Positions 40,300 to 54,325 are shown, counted from the first letter of the whole stretch. The stretch: 63,081 nucleotides of DNA, filler included, from Reticulomyxa filosa (GCA_000512085.1; 19 parts of 19 records of this genome joined end to end with filler, not necessarily neighbours in it); one strand, 5' to 3'. Translations and numbers: made by a program. The notes: generated by a model not told the origin, from the letters alone.

Positions 40300-43170
40300 C
40301 AAAAAATAATAAATGCTAAGAAATAAACATTTTTTTTTAGCTGATCAGGTTCTACTTTAGTGATGTTTAATTCACACAAGGATGCAACCACTAGACAATG
40401 TAGATAATTTACCTGTCCATGTGATTTAATTGGAATTAGTTGTCAATTTGCACTTTTCCCACATTAGATAAGCTTGAACTAAATTGTGATTATGAAATCT
40501 TCATGACTATTTAATACATCGTTGATACATACAACTTCTTCTTGTTGTAGTCTAAATTCAAGTGAATGCATTTGATATATGACATTCACTTTGTCATAAG
40601 CTGTCCATTACTACAAAAATCCTTCGTACTGCAATTCTTTAGATCCTTTCAAATTTCCTTTTATGAACTTCTGCTTCACCATTCCAAAGTGCACATGCAT
40701 ATTCGATATAATGACAAATTATTGCCTTGAATAGTAATGTATATACTGATAATGATTGTCTAATTCCTTTGTATGAACAAAAGTACGTCAAGTACACTAG
40801 TTTACTAGTATTATTTCAATATACTAATTGATTGCTGTTTATAACTAAGTTTTGAATCCATAATTAACTTCAAATACTTGACATTATCTGTTTATGTGGT
40901 TGATGCTACATACAGATTTAATTTGTGTGTTGAATTTCTTATTGTTCTTATTTCTGAAGGCGATATATTGAGTCTTTTCTGGAGCAAGGACTATTTTTCA
41001 CATATTTGCACATAAAAAATATTCAAAGTATGTCTTATGTTATCCATTTGACTTTGCATTTCTGATTTCACTTGAAAATGTTAAGTTCCACATTGCAATA
41101 TCATCAGTGGACATACTACATTGGATTGGCTCTGGTACTGTTGGCCAGGTCATTGATGTGCATGAGAAATATCAATTTAAATATTGCTGATCCTTGTTGA
41201 ACTCCAGGTTGAAATTGTTTCCATTCTGAGTTCACTACATTAGACTCCACTATACCAAAATATGTAATATATATGATGTCTATCTACCAATACAATATCA
41301 CTTTCATGTAGAATTCAGATCGTAGATTTAACGGGAGTCCATCTATCCAAACACTGTCGTAAGAAGCTGATATACCCAATAGCACTGCAAAGTGACAAAA
41401 CTCTTGTCGAAAGACTTGTATATTATTTATGTGATCTTGAGAATGAGTTCATTTCTATTGTGCCAAGACTTGAAACTTACTTGATCTTTGGTCAGCAAGT
41501 TATTTTGATCGATATAATAGATTATCCTTTTAATACGACTCGTTCTATCAATTTAAAAACTCCTTATAGCAAAAATATCAGCATATGATTCTTCGTCAAG
41601 ATTTGATCTCAGTCTAGTTTTTGAAGTTGAACAATATTCGATCTTTTCAATGACAATAGCATGTATCACATTTGAAAACTTCACTCGAACATGAAAACAA
41701 GTGATTGAATCAATAAATAAACTAAATTCTTCAGCATGAGTTTGTGAATATTGTATGGTCCTTGTGCTTTGTAACATAAATATGCATGATCGCTTCGATC
41801 ACTTCGTCTTATTTGATATCACATTGATGTTAATCACACAAATTCACACTTCTATGTCTCATCTTTTAATCTCTTGATATTGCAATAACATAAATAATTT
41901 CATCTTCAATCGATTTATAGAATCATTCATAATTTTTTTCACCTTTTGGAGATTGTGGAAGCTTATCAAATGAATAAGCCAACAACTCCGCTTTGTCAGT
42001 GTCGTTGTGTGAAATATTGTGTTATTGTGTCGACTAATGTTGGAATAATAACTATTTTATTGTAGTTTATTGATCGAAATTTGTATAACTACATTATTGT
42101 ATTGCCTTCTTACATCGAATCGACACTTTTCACTATGTATTTATGTTTCTATTGTAGTACTTCTTCGAAGCTGATTTACTTATTTATTGTATTTTGTAAA
42201 GTTAGTTGGCGTTCGATTTCTTATGAACTTTCTTTTCAATTTTTGGACTTTGTTTCTTTGTTAATGTAATTTATTTCTCCACAAAGATTTGCTTCTATAC
42301 CAAACTGTGATCATTCTAAATGTTGATTTCCCGTTTCGACAACACATTCGGTCTAAGTCTCGACAGCATCTTTAGATTAATTTGTTTCATTTTACCACTC
42401 CAAGTATTGATGTTTGTCTACAATCGACTTCAGGACATTCCACAGTTTACACTTGATATATTCCAAGTTTCTATTTTATGTCTTTCTATTTTATATTACA
42501 ATTAATAAGGAATTATATTAAATGTGATTTGAAGTGATCGAATTAATATCAAATTGATAGTCATCCGTTATCCAATTTCTGCACAAAGGCAACAACGAAC
42601 TTAAATATATTGATATATAAATACTAAAAGACACATCATCACTCAAGAATGTCGTACTAAATTAGTGAGTTGATGATTTGTAGATTGTTGGATACAATGA
42701 AATCCGGCAAAGCTTCACCGATTTGATCGACATTGTTATCCAGACAAGCTGGGTTGTTAGAATTTAAATCTCCACTTATTATAATGTGTTCTTTTACTTT
42801 CGATTTATCTGTACATTTCAATCTGCAAGTATTCAAAGAAAAACTGAAAGATCTGTCGTAGATAACTGAATAACTTTGTATATTCACGTAAAAACTGCTT
42901 AATAAAATTAGTTTCTTTGTATGTACACGAAGCTTCGACCCAACATGACTCGAAGCCACATTCTTCAAATCGATTTGTTATATTTGAAAAAATTCCTTGA
43001 GTGTAGTGGAGGTCCCTTCGACACAATATCACTTTTCTTACTGTTTCACTACAGTAGTGATTGAAGAGAAATTGAAACTGGTAATTGATGTTCTCTTCTT
43101 GTCCGATCGAAATCCTTCTTGAAACAGAAAAAATGTTGTTGCTTGTCCTTGAAATTTTATTCAAGTTTAT
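40300..43170 (-). mobile_element. Decayed non-LTR (LINE) retrotransposon ORF2: APE endonuclease plus reverse transcriptase
   Basis: IIISGDLNS (endonuclease, near 42770); DKAELLAYSF; AVLLGISASYDSVWIDGL (near 41350); GVQQGS...HINDL (near 41150-41210); STDDIAMW (near 41100). Many stops. Boundaries approximate. Confidence 0.85.
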
Positions 43171-44449
43171 ATTATTTGATTTTTAAAATAAACAAAACCA
43201 ACTATTCCACGACCAGAGACTACCAACCCAAACTTTAGAGTTCCTTTCAAAATTTGTAACAAGTATAGATAAATTTCGCCAACAATTGCATATACAAGTA
43301 TCAACTGAAGTTAAAGACAATGTTAGGTTCAATATTCGAAATAATCTCAAAGGCGGAAATAAGAAGTCGATATGAACTAGCCAAATAAAACCAAAAAAAT
43401 AAAACGATAAAGTGGTAATGCTTTTGCAGTTCTGTAACTGTTTTAAACTAATTTTGAATTATGCATATTTGAAATAGAGGCAATTTAATTTGAATTTCAA
43501 AATCCTACCAAAAAAATCTTCTGGAACAAAAGGGTTTTTAAACAGGGAGAATTGCTGCAATTCCTGTTGTATTATTACTCTTGATAATCATAATAATTCT
43601 TTTTAAAGATTGAATTGTTCAAAAATTTTAATTTTGAAGGTAGATCCGACGTTGTAGCGGATACAAAGATGCATTTATTTCAAAAGCTTTTGTTTGCGCT
43701 AGTACTTTTTGTGACCTGGTGCCAAGAGGGGTCTGCTCAACGCAATCCAAGTCTTAGTCCATGGACATGTTAAGTATCTTGAAACCTGATAAAAATATCA
43801 GTGAACAAAAGTGTTAGAAACTTTTCTTGAAAACTTGTTGTGTGGATGTGTTTGCAACCAAAGATTACAAATTTACATCGTCTTATACCGGAACAACGTA
43901 TTTGTCAGGTTACTATGTAAAGAATATCACAAAAGGAGTTTACACAGGCACTTGTGGAACTCTGGACTGTGGTTCGACGTGTTATTGGAACGGTGAGTAA
44001 ATCTGTTGTGTGTTCAACACCGCTTTGCAAGCCAAGGATTTACACAAACAAATTTCCTGAAAAGTCCATAGGCCCAAAAAAAAAAATCTACATAAAAAAA
44101 AAAAAAGGGGGAAATCTTGAAAAAGTTTGTAATATCTTTTTTTTAAAAAAATGACCTTATAGTTTAACTTTGTACAACTCCTTTCAAAANNNNNNNNNNN
44201 NNNNNNNNNNNNNNNNNNNNNNNNNNNNNNNNNTTAATTAATTAANNNNNNNNNNNNNNNNNNNNNNNNNNNNNNNNNNNNNNNNNNNNGAATGAAAATA
44301 AAAAAATGAGAATAAAAATGATTGTAAAATGAAAAAAAATGTTAAAAAAATGTAAAAAGAAAAAAAAAAAAGTTGACAATGAGAAAAAAAAGAAGAAAGG
44401 AAAAAAAAAAAGAGCAAAAAAATGTGAAGAAAATGAAAAAAAAAATCGG

Positions 44450-45840
44450 GAGATTGTTCCATTGTACGTGCGCGCTTTCGCACTTTGGAGTATGGGTCTG
44501 GATGGGAATAGTTGTTGTATCGTGACTCAATGGAAAATGCTAAATAAGTGAGTCAATGTCTAGCAAGATCAAATCGAAGCTTTGGAAAGGACTCATTTTC
44601 ATCAGCATATGCGCATAAGTCTTTGGAGAAAAATCTTGGAGCGGCACATTAGCAAAGAAGGCGTCGAACTCGGTCTATATGCGCAAACAAACAAGTGAAA
44701 CTCGTCGTTATGGAAATTGATCTAACTTTGTAAGCGCAGAACAACAATGGAAACTCGTTGTGTGCGTGCGCACATTCGCAAATTTGTGGTTTTAATCTTT
44801 AGCTCGCTGGCAACATTGAACATCACTTGGTGAACAATGAAGTGTGGGTCGCCAATTCGTATTCGTTGGAGTTGGATTCGAATCGTTAGTTTTGAAATTT
44901 GAAACTGTAGGGACCTTGGGCATGCTCAAAAATAACGTCCGATCATGGTACGCAAGAAATGAAGAATGGCAACAAAGAATACGTCCAATAACGAAAAAGA
45001 AAGAAAAATGCTGATGGATCGCCTCAAACATGTGAATGGCGCATTGCGATATGCGAACGTCCAATCAAGCCAAAGTGTGTCCCTAATCACAAGGACAACG
45101 AAGTCGAATGAACTTCTTATTTGGAAGACGTTCATTATATGGTCGCACTGGGACAGTGGATCAAAGTTGTCCCAACAAATCTCAAACAATCTGGGACTTG
45201 CTGTCGCTCGATACAAAAGCACAAGCTCGCCAAGAGAAAGAAAAAAAAAAGACGGTATAGCGCAAAGTGAAACAGACACCACATGACGATCTCCACAACG
45301 GCGGCAGCGATTGGACTTATAAAGAAGTGGAAGGCGGGAAGAAACCAGTGTGGAAGTTGTTAAAAAACAATGCATATAGAGACCGAGCAAACGACTACAT
45401 CGGTAGAATCGTTCTGTGTGAGAGTGGCTCGATTTGGTGGAGGAGTTGTGCGAAATTTGGGTCAAGACACCAACAAGCAAGAAGAGGAAGATGAGGATGA
45501 TGAAAAAAAAAACAAGTACGTATCGCTTTGAATTTGGTTTTTTTTAAAAACATAACTAGTCTGCTGGTTTTATTGAGGTTGGCTATAGAAATGCTATTCA
45601 TCCCTGGAAACGCGCAAAGTCGCCACTCGCAGGCGTGAACTAAAGTCGCATATCGTGCTTCAATGTATAGAACCAGAATGAACTTGCTCGCCATCAATGC
45701 CAGTGCACAAATCTCGCGAATAATTGTTGACTTACACAGCGCCAAAGATGGCGCTGAACTGAGATCTGCAGGCGCCAAAAAGAATGGAAACTAAATTGTT
45801 ATGGAAATAGAGCTAATTTTATGAGCACAAAAAAAAAAAA
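44450..45840 (+). repeat. Further copies of the degenerate ~1 kb unit seen at 19140-20540
   Basis: Same motifs in the same order. GTTATGGAAAT..A.CTAA recurs internally near 44707 and 45798. Confidence 0.6.
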
Positions 45841-46472
45841 NNNNNNNNNNNNNNNNNNNNNNNNNNNNNNNNNNNNNNNNNNNNTTAATTAATTAANNNN
45901 NNNNNNNNNNNNNNNNNNNNNNNNNNNNNNNNNNNNNNNNTGGCTCAATCCAAGTAGACAAATTTAAAACTAATTGCAACCACACCAAAGTAGCTTATAC
46001 AATTGGTATAGACATATGTCGCTCTGAAACTTTACAAAACTAGAAATTCACTCCTTTGAAGTTTTGGAGCAGAAAATGCAACTATTGGAAATTATTTAAC
46101 AAACAAATAGCAGTATACTTTGTTCTATGGCAATATTTAATCTTTCCTCTTTCATTGCATAAATGTTTTATTTTATAAAAATAAAAAATATCACTTGTTT
46201 ATCACTCAACGTCACATAGCCTCATATTACAGTAGTAACTTTTTTTTTTATTTTGTTTATCGCACAAGGATATTATAAGATACCACTATAAGTTTTTATC
46301 GTGATTTATTTGTTGCGTTGAATCACCTTTTTTGTTTCTCAGTTTTAAGGCATATTGCAAATCAATGATAAAGTTCATCAATCTTCTGCTTTTTGTACCT
46401 GTTTTATCCTTTGAACAAAAGAAAAACTTGACCACAAAATAACAGAAAAATATTTTGTCTTTGAAATACCAA

Positions 46473-47630
46473 TTACTCTGATTCTTTCAAAAATTGTTGA
46501 ATTTTTTGTTGCAAGACAAAATCAGTATAAAATTCTAACTTCCCATCAATCATCAAAGAACAATAATTTGGAATTTTTTGATATTGAATCAGAAATGATG
46601 GTCGATCATAAGTCTTTCTATTCAAAGCAATTACGGGATCTTTCATAATTGAATTTGATAATGGACATAAATATTCTTTTGGAATATTTTGGGAAATACT
46701 TTCATCTGAATTAAACATATTCATTGAATATTTAGCACAGATTTGATGGGATGAGTCATAAAGAACACAAGCTTGCATAAACATATCAAAATGGAATACA
46801 TTCATCCAATCATTTTTTGTCATTTTCAATAAAGACAATCCATCAATGTTTTTTGCTTTGATAATTTGATTGTATTGATTCATTTTGGATTTATTACATT
46901 TCAAATTATGTGCTATAAAAATCGAAATGTCTTGTGAATTCCATTTATTCCATTTTTTTTTCCAATTCGTTCCATACATGTTGTGTACTTTAAAGTTGCT
47001 TCATCCATCTCATTCTTCAATTTTATTTTTTCCAAAGATTTTTCATGAATTGCTTGTTGTATTGATTTTTCTTTTTCAGATATTTCTTTCAAAGTTTTTT
47101 GTTTGTTATTGGTATCTGTATATACATATTTAAACAAATTCTATTTGTTTTTTATTTAATAACACAAATAAAAATAAATATAAAATCAAACATTGACAGA
47201 TACTTTATATGAAAATAATAATAGATAGAATATCATCCATTCGGTTTAAAATATCTTTTTTGATTTGTTGATATTTACCATCAAAACTCCAAATATCATC
47301 CCAATTCATTACATTCAATTCCATTCTCTTTTCTTCATTCCATTCTTTCAATTTCTTTTCATACGATTTAATTTGTCTTTCCCTCTCTTTCCATTCCTTT
47401 GAACTTTCTCTTTCATCATTGTTTCCTTTTTCATTTTCAATCATCCTATTCTTTTCAATTGAAATATTGTATAATTTTTCCATTGGGTTTTCGTACATCA
47501 CTTGCATTTTCGATAACCCTTCTATTTCAAATAACTGATTTACATTCACACTTATATGCATATTCTATTCTTCACTTTTTGCATTAAATCCACCAATGAC
47601 ATGAATATTCGTATCATCATTACTCAAAAT
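46473..47630 (-). pseudogene. Kelch-like, coiled-coil, SAM and U-box gene, 3' part, disrupted
   Basis: IHVIGG (Kelch-like), then in-frame TAG near 47566. WNSQDISIFI..NIDGLSLLKMT (SAM). IPKEYLCPLSNSIMKDPVI..TYDR (U-box). Frameshift near 46980. Confidence 0.75.
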
Positions 47631-47730
47631 NNNNNNNNNNNNNNNNNNNNNNNNNNNNNNNNNNNNNNNNNNNNTTAATTAATTAANNNNNNNNNNNNNN
47701 NNNNNNNNNNNNNNNNNNNNNNNNNNNNNN

Positions 47731-47765
<35 letters not shown>

Positions 47766-47962
47766 AAAAAAATTCTTATTTTAAAAAAAGTGAAATATCT
47801 CAGATTTCTCTTGGAAACGCCTCTCCTTTCTCAAACAAGGGCGCCAAAGGGGGGAGGGCGACCAGTCAAAAAAAAAAAAAAGAAGGGGACGGAGTCGGAG
47901 GGGGAAAAGTTAGAACTTGTTGGGATGGATATATGCTATTCTCGTGTTAAAAACATGTATAG

Positions 47963-50900
47963 CTAGGCGTGGACGCAAACTGAAGGACGAGCAAGTGGTT
48001 TGTGCAGTGCTAAATAGCAATGCTACCTACATTTATTGTGGGACTACACACGGACGTGTAATGATCATTGACCACCACTCGTGGACTATCGTGCATCAAC
48101 AAGTGATTACAAAAAATGGAAGTATCAAATCCATTGTGTTCAGTCGCTGCGGCAAGTTCTTTCTTGCCAATTGTTCTGATCGCATTGTGCGATATGTTGA
48201 ATTGAAAGACGACAACAAGTATGTGTATGTTTGTGTGTTTGCGCATGTGTGTGTGTGTGTGACTCCATTGCTTTACTTTGTTCCCATTCATTTTCATTGA
48301 ATCGATCAATTGCATTCATTCATTTGATTTATTTATTTATTTATGTATTAAATGAATTTTTTTTTTTTGTGAAAAGGGCCATTTCGGTGGAGCGATCGTT
48401 TCACGATAGCATAGAAAAAAAAGCATGGAGTGCATGCTGCTTTAGTCAAAACTCGGAGTATGTCTGTGCAGGTTTGTTTTGTTACACATGTTTGCGGAGA
48501 GCAGACGACGAAGAAATGAAGAAATAAACCACCACAATACTTCACAGCCATTGCACACAGACACGTGTGTAAAATATCGATTTGGCGAACATGTTTCGAT
48601 GGAGCGTTGGAGGAAGTGCTCAGTGGCCCGGATTCGAGTGTTGTTGACTTGGTGGTTTGCTCTTTATAAATTATTATATACATATATAAATGTGTATATA
48701 TACATATGTATGTGTATATGTTTATATATGTATAATGTATGCTATACTTGTATAAAATTTCTCAATTGTGTTACACTGAACAGTGGCACCCAATAGATAA
48801 TGTGCTGGCCTGCATTGTAGAAAGTGGCGAAATATTGATATGGAAGGAAGAACGCAAAGACCATTGGTGTGCGTTTGCTCCTGGATTCCAAATTTTGGAT
48901 GAAAATGTTTGGACCATAAATTGCTATAACAATTACAATAGCCATAACAGTGACAACAGTGATAATAGCAATGATAGCGCACAAATGGCGAGTGACAAGC
49001 ACGCAAAGAGCAAAGACACGAAAGCATCGTCCATTGCTCCAACTATCGAAGGAACAGCGCCCTCCAAGAAAACATGGATGGAATCGCTGGACAAAAAGTG
49101 GGACGAAACAAAGGATAAAACATTTGATTTGCAAGACAAAGTGGATATATTCAGCTTGGATAAGTTTTTGCTGGACGAGTTTTTCAGCGACGACGAGCTC
49201 GCCAACGACGTCATTATCGACGAGAAGGACCGCTTATGTCACGAAATCGTATACTTGCCCGCCCTGGTGTGCCATGATCATTTGAGTAGTTACAACTCGC
49301 GTCACGAAATGACTTTGGATATGGACGAGCCGCCGCCGTTGATTGCCTATGGTTCCATTAGTTCAGCAGTGGTTGTTCCATTCTTCAATACACTAAAGAC
49401 ATATATATATATATATATATATGTATATCAAATGCAACACAATACAATGGCAAGATTGTCTTAGCATTTCAACACACATACACATATATGCATATACATG
49501 TATATACATATTTATATAAATATAAATATTAATATACATATATAAAATATATATATATGGTATATTTACGTGCATTTATATTTATATATGTATTATAGAC
49601 AATCGACAAAAAGAGAGCCATTCCGGTTTCGCTGTTCAAATAACCAAAGATGTGGAAACAGCCAAACACAAAAAGCCCAAACAAAGTGAGAAAACGAAAC
49701 AAGAGGACATCACGGCGAGCAACTGTCGGCGTGAACAGAGTGCTTGTGACAATCGGGTGACAACTCTCCACGCTGTCGGCAAAGCGAAGAAAGACTCGCA
49801 ACAGAAGCTTGTGCAGAAAACATCCAAAAAACAAGGAGTGCATCCCAAAAAGACCAAACGAACAGCAAAAGCCAGTTCAAGTGTCTTGCCGCTACTCTCT
49901 GTAGCGGCACCGAATATAACAAGTCGCTTGAACAAGAACGACAACGAAGTCAAATACAAAAGTGTTACTTGTGAGCCATGTGATTTGTTGCCGTCTTCGA
50001 TTTCTTCTTCTTCTTCTTCATCCTCCTCGTCATCATCATCAACCTCGTTGTCATTGTCATTATCATCATCCACTCCTACGTCTTCTTCTTCTTCCTCATT
50101 TGTTTCAAGAAGTAGCGAGACCAGTTGCAACGCAATGGCAATGCTCGGGCTGACATCTTTGGCGACAGACGTGCTACCCCATGTCAATCCAAGTCTTTAT
50201 TCTCTCACCTCTCCGTTTTCATCAATGTCCACATTGCCTTTGAGCAGTGTTGCCACCAACGAACAGTTGGCCAACTCCGCCAAGGTTTTGTTTATGTTAC
50301 CCACCAGCTTGGACGGTGTTTCACTGTCGAATACTGACAACATCAATGCCGATGACACTAATAACAATAACAATAACAATAACCATAATAATAACAAGAA
50401 CAACAAGAACAACAATAATAGTAACAATACGATAAACACTATCAATACTACGACTACTAATAACAACAATAACACTAATAATTGCAACTTCGAGCCTCCA
50501 ATTTCTTTGACATTGAGTACACCTCTAGGTCCACATCTAACGGGATTGAACGTAGGAGGCTCAAGCTTAAACCCGGCAATGATGGGCGATGCCACGTTAG
50601 CAGCAACAACAACAACAGCAACAACAGCAGCGACAGCAACAGCAGCAGCAGCAACAGCAACAACGACAACGTCGACTCAAGCCTCTTGCCACCCTCTTCC
50701 CTCCAACACATTTATCTATACATCGTACACACCGACCATGCCCATGGGCATGAGCGTAAGCGCATTGAGCGTTCCGACCATTGGCATTCCCATGGCCGGG
50801 ATGATTAGCACTCTAGGAGCGACCCATCATAGCCATTTGCAACCGCAAGCATTTGCTGTAGGTCCGGTTGTTCATGCTAACGCGGTTGACAATGGCGACT

Positions 50901-51472
50901 CGCAAGCTCACTCCTCCAATGTTCAAATTCAGTACACTCTTCCAGGGTCGAACATGTCGTTCATCCCCATATCGACCATACCTACTGTCAACATGAACAT
51001 GGGCTTAGCCAGCACCGGAAGCGGGGTGGATGTCATGGCCGAGAGCGAATCTAGTTGCTCCACACAAAATTCGCTTCATTATTTACCGAGACATACCATT
51101 ACGTTTGAAGGAAGAAATTATGACATCAAAGACCCACAAATGAATGTTTCCATCAATTCACAATCCACAAAAAAGAGTACTTTTTTAGAAGATAGAATTG
51201 ATATACCTTCAAAGGTATGTCTTGCCATTTTTCCTCATCTTTCTTCTTGGCTTTTGTAACAAATAAACAAAATTGCATTGACAAAAGTATCAATTCGACA
51301 CTTTCAATGTTGCTTTGTTTTTTGTTATTTATTTATGTTTTTGCCATTTGCACAGAGAAGGAAATTAAACGTTCCTGCTAGTAGTCTTCCAAATCATGCC
51401 ATCAGCTTTTCCCAAAGCAAAAAAACAAAGAAAGGGAAAACCTTGTCTCAACAAGAAGAAAAATTAAAATGA
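47963..51472 (+). CDS. RBBP5: RBBP5/Swd1 (COMPASS WD40 subunit) with a long low-complexity C-terminal extension; multi-exon, 5'-partial
   Basis: YIYCGTTHG, IKSIVFSRCGKFFLANCSDRIVR, WSACCFSQNSEYVCA, WHP, HWCAFAPGFQILDENV, later VDI. Linkage of the 49600-51472 exons is inferred from splice sites. Confidence 0.85.
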
Positions 51473-51794
51473 AGCCTCTCGCTGTCGAACATAGTCGAGG
51501 AGTGATAATTTTTTATTTTTTTTGCAAGCCAAGTGTGCAAGCGTTTTTGTTTGTAACATTATCAACAATCTAAAAAAACAAAATTCCTTTTTTCCCTCAA
51601 ATACGTGACACAAAATAACAAAATTCAATTCTGAGAAAATGCTTTTCCTTACCAACATCTTTTTCAGCATTGTTCATACCATTCATCACAAATGAAAGAG
51701 TAACATTTTTAGTAAAAGGACAAAGAGACTTTCTTATCACGTAAAATTCAAATTTTTTTTTTAAAAAGTCTTTCGTTTGAACAAGGAACAGGAA

Positions 51795-52717
51795 ATGAAG
51801 AGCAAAAGTGCAACAGAGAAAAGGCTCGATGTGTGGGCGTCAAAAGCTAAGGAATGGATGAAAACATCTGAAATACGTTTTACACAAGATAGTATAAGCG
51901 ACTCGTTCTCAAACGGAGTTCCAATCGAGTGGACAATATACATGCTAAAAACAAAACAAGTTTCTCCAAAGGAACTGCCTCTAATTCGGATAGGCCTAAT
52001 GGATGGAAAATATTGGAAGACAATCGACAATCGCCGATTGTATTGCTTCAAAATGGCAAACATTGAACAAGTTTTACAAATTTTTTTTTGTATACTCTTG
52101 ACTGAGTCAGTCTATGAAAATGTTTCACACTAATGGACATAGATTCCCGTATTCAAAATGCACAGCCTGACAAAAGAATTTTTTTACAAAGATCATAATC
52201 TTAGTAGTGGGATCACGGTGCGTGTTCGACTAAATGAAAAGAAAAATATTGACGCAACTGCAAATGTAGTAGCGTTTGATCCTGATACAAGTTACTTTTT
52301 AAAAAAGAGATGAACAACGGAGCCAGAAAAAAAAAGAGGGTAGGAAACCGACAAATTTGTTTGTATACTTAGTTATAACATTGACTTATTTTTGTGTTTC
52401 CACTGTCGTAAACATGACCCATAGAAAAGCTTCGAAAGTGGTCCGTGAAAGAGGTATTAACGGATCATCAAAAGTTAAAAAGAAACGGATATCAAATGCT
52501 TGACCAAAAAAGTTTGGACAGGCACAACAAAAAAGATAAAGAAAAAAAACGCGAGTTTAAAAACTTGAACAATTCGAGCAGCGTGGTACATTATTATCCT
52601 AGCAGCCATGCGAAAACCAAAGAGCCAGGAAAAGAAGAAGCGAAATCGGACGAAGAAAAAACTCAAGAACCAAGTGACGACGAAAGAGACAATCTGGATT
52701 ACTCGGACAAGGAATGA
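51795..52717 (+). CDS. ParB/sulfiredoxin-like domain protein; join(51795..52070,52143..52290,52425..52717)
   Basis: IRFTQDSISDSFSNG...LPLIRI...TIDNRRLYCFK|IPV. Both GT-AG introns keep the frame open to TGA at 52717. Confidence 0.72.
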
Positions 52718-52960
52718 TGAAATATCTGCATTTTTTTAAACGTACGTGTACATATGATAAATGTAAACTTTTTTTTTATCTGTTGTGCATTTTTTTCAAA
52801 TTATTTCTTCAACTTAATTTGATAACATTTTTATTGCAATATTTGACAAGCTTTATATCAACAAAAAAGTTCCGAATGTGTAACATTGACCACAAACTCA
52901 ATAGTGTTTGTTAATAAATGTTTTTGTATCTATATCTATTCAAATAACAAATAGAATATA

Positions 52961-52998
52961 CAGTAAGATAAAAAAGAAAGTTGACACCTAAAATGCCA
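52961..52998 (+). mobile_element. Third Tc1-family terminus, at a contig end
   Basis: TA|CAGTAAGATAAAAAAGAAAGTTGACACCTAAAATGCCA. Confidence 0.72.
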
Positions 52999-53501
52999 NN
53001 NNNNNNNNNNNNNNNNNNNNNNNNNNNNNNNNNNNNNNNNNNTTAATTAATTAANNNNNNNNNNNNNNNNNNNNNNNNNNNNNNNNNNNNNNNNNNNNAA
53101 AAAAAAACTAATGTTAATCGTGTTTAATGTGACTTAAACAGGTGAATTCCTTTTTTTATTTTTTTGGTAGAACAAATAACTTTCCATTCTCCCCATTTTT
53201 GCACAACTTTTTCATTTTATAAATCCAATTTTTTTTAAACAAGTGACAAGAATAAATAGGGAAAAAAAAAAGGTCTGTGAGTTTTTCTTCAAAGGGGGAG
53301 AGAAAGTACACGTTCACAAAGAACAGCTGAGGGGAAAATATCTGTTTTCCCTCTACAGCTTGACAGATATAATAAGCCATAATTGCACCTTTTTACTAAA
53401 AAAAACTTAATCGGTCGGATCACGCACGAGGAACAACAACGTGTCTGACCTTTCGTTTAAATATTTTTCTTTCGAAATCTCTTTAAGTGAAATTGGAACA
53501 A

Positions 53502-54325
53502 ATGACAAACCATGCAATTGTGCAAAGTCAATTTGGCATCCCCCAATTTGAGGACTTTCGATCTTCAAATGGAACTTTTCGCGAAGCAAGAAAAATCCGG
53601 GATGAATTATTGAGCATCTTAGATGGGTATTTGATGGACTATTGTGTATTTTATTTTTTATTTGAATATATTATTAATAAGCAAATATTAGCAACCATTT
53701 TTTCGATGTGTGTTTCGTGTGCAGACTTCATACAGTTGCACAACTGCAACATGACCGTGCATTGATAAATACATTGCAAAGCCAATTTGATTCGCTAATG
53801 GCGTTAATGACAATTAAAAAAGAAATATATATTGGTTGACACAATTGTTGTTGTTGTTGTTGTTGTACTTGAACAAACAACAGTACTATTATTTTTTTTT
53901 GTAACATTTTTAAAAAAAAAAAAAAAAACAAACAGTGAGAAGATAAAATACGAAGACTATGCATATTTCTTTTTCAAAGTGAATCACTTCCCAGAACTTT
54001 ATTCCATCCCCTACTCTCAGCACCAAGCTGTGTATACTGCAAGTAACAGTAATAGTAACAGCAACGGCAATAGCAATAGCAATAGCAACAGCAATAGCAA
54101 TAACAACAACAAGGCGAACTTGGACGGATCGTATCGACATATGAGCAACAAGTACGACAATAACAAAGCGAACCAAACCACTATGACTGGAGATCATGTA
54201 CTGATGACAACGATCAACGTAGGTCACAACGAGAACAAAGGCAATGCAAACAACAATGAGATTGAGGATAGGAATACTAATAACAATAATAGTAATAACA
54301 ATAACAATAACAGTAATAACAATAA
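53502..54325 (+). CDS. Hypothetical protein, 5' exons leading into an Asn/Ser-rich region
   Basis: MTNHAIVQSQFG...ILDG| splices in frame to LHTVAQLQ...KEIYI. The phase of the third exon is unresolved. Confidence 0.45.

Noticed and set aside
47560-47570. Stop-codon reassignment suggested by an in-frame TAG
   Set aside because: Intact genes here end in TAA, TAG or TGA and have no internal stops, and this gene also has a frameshift.
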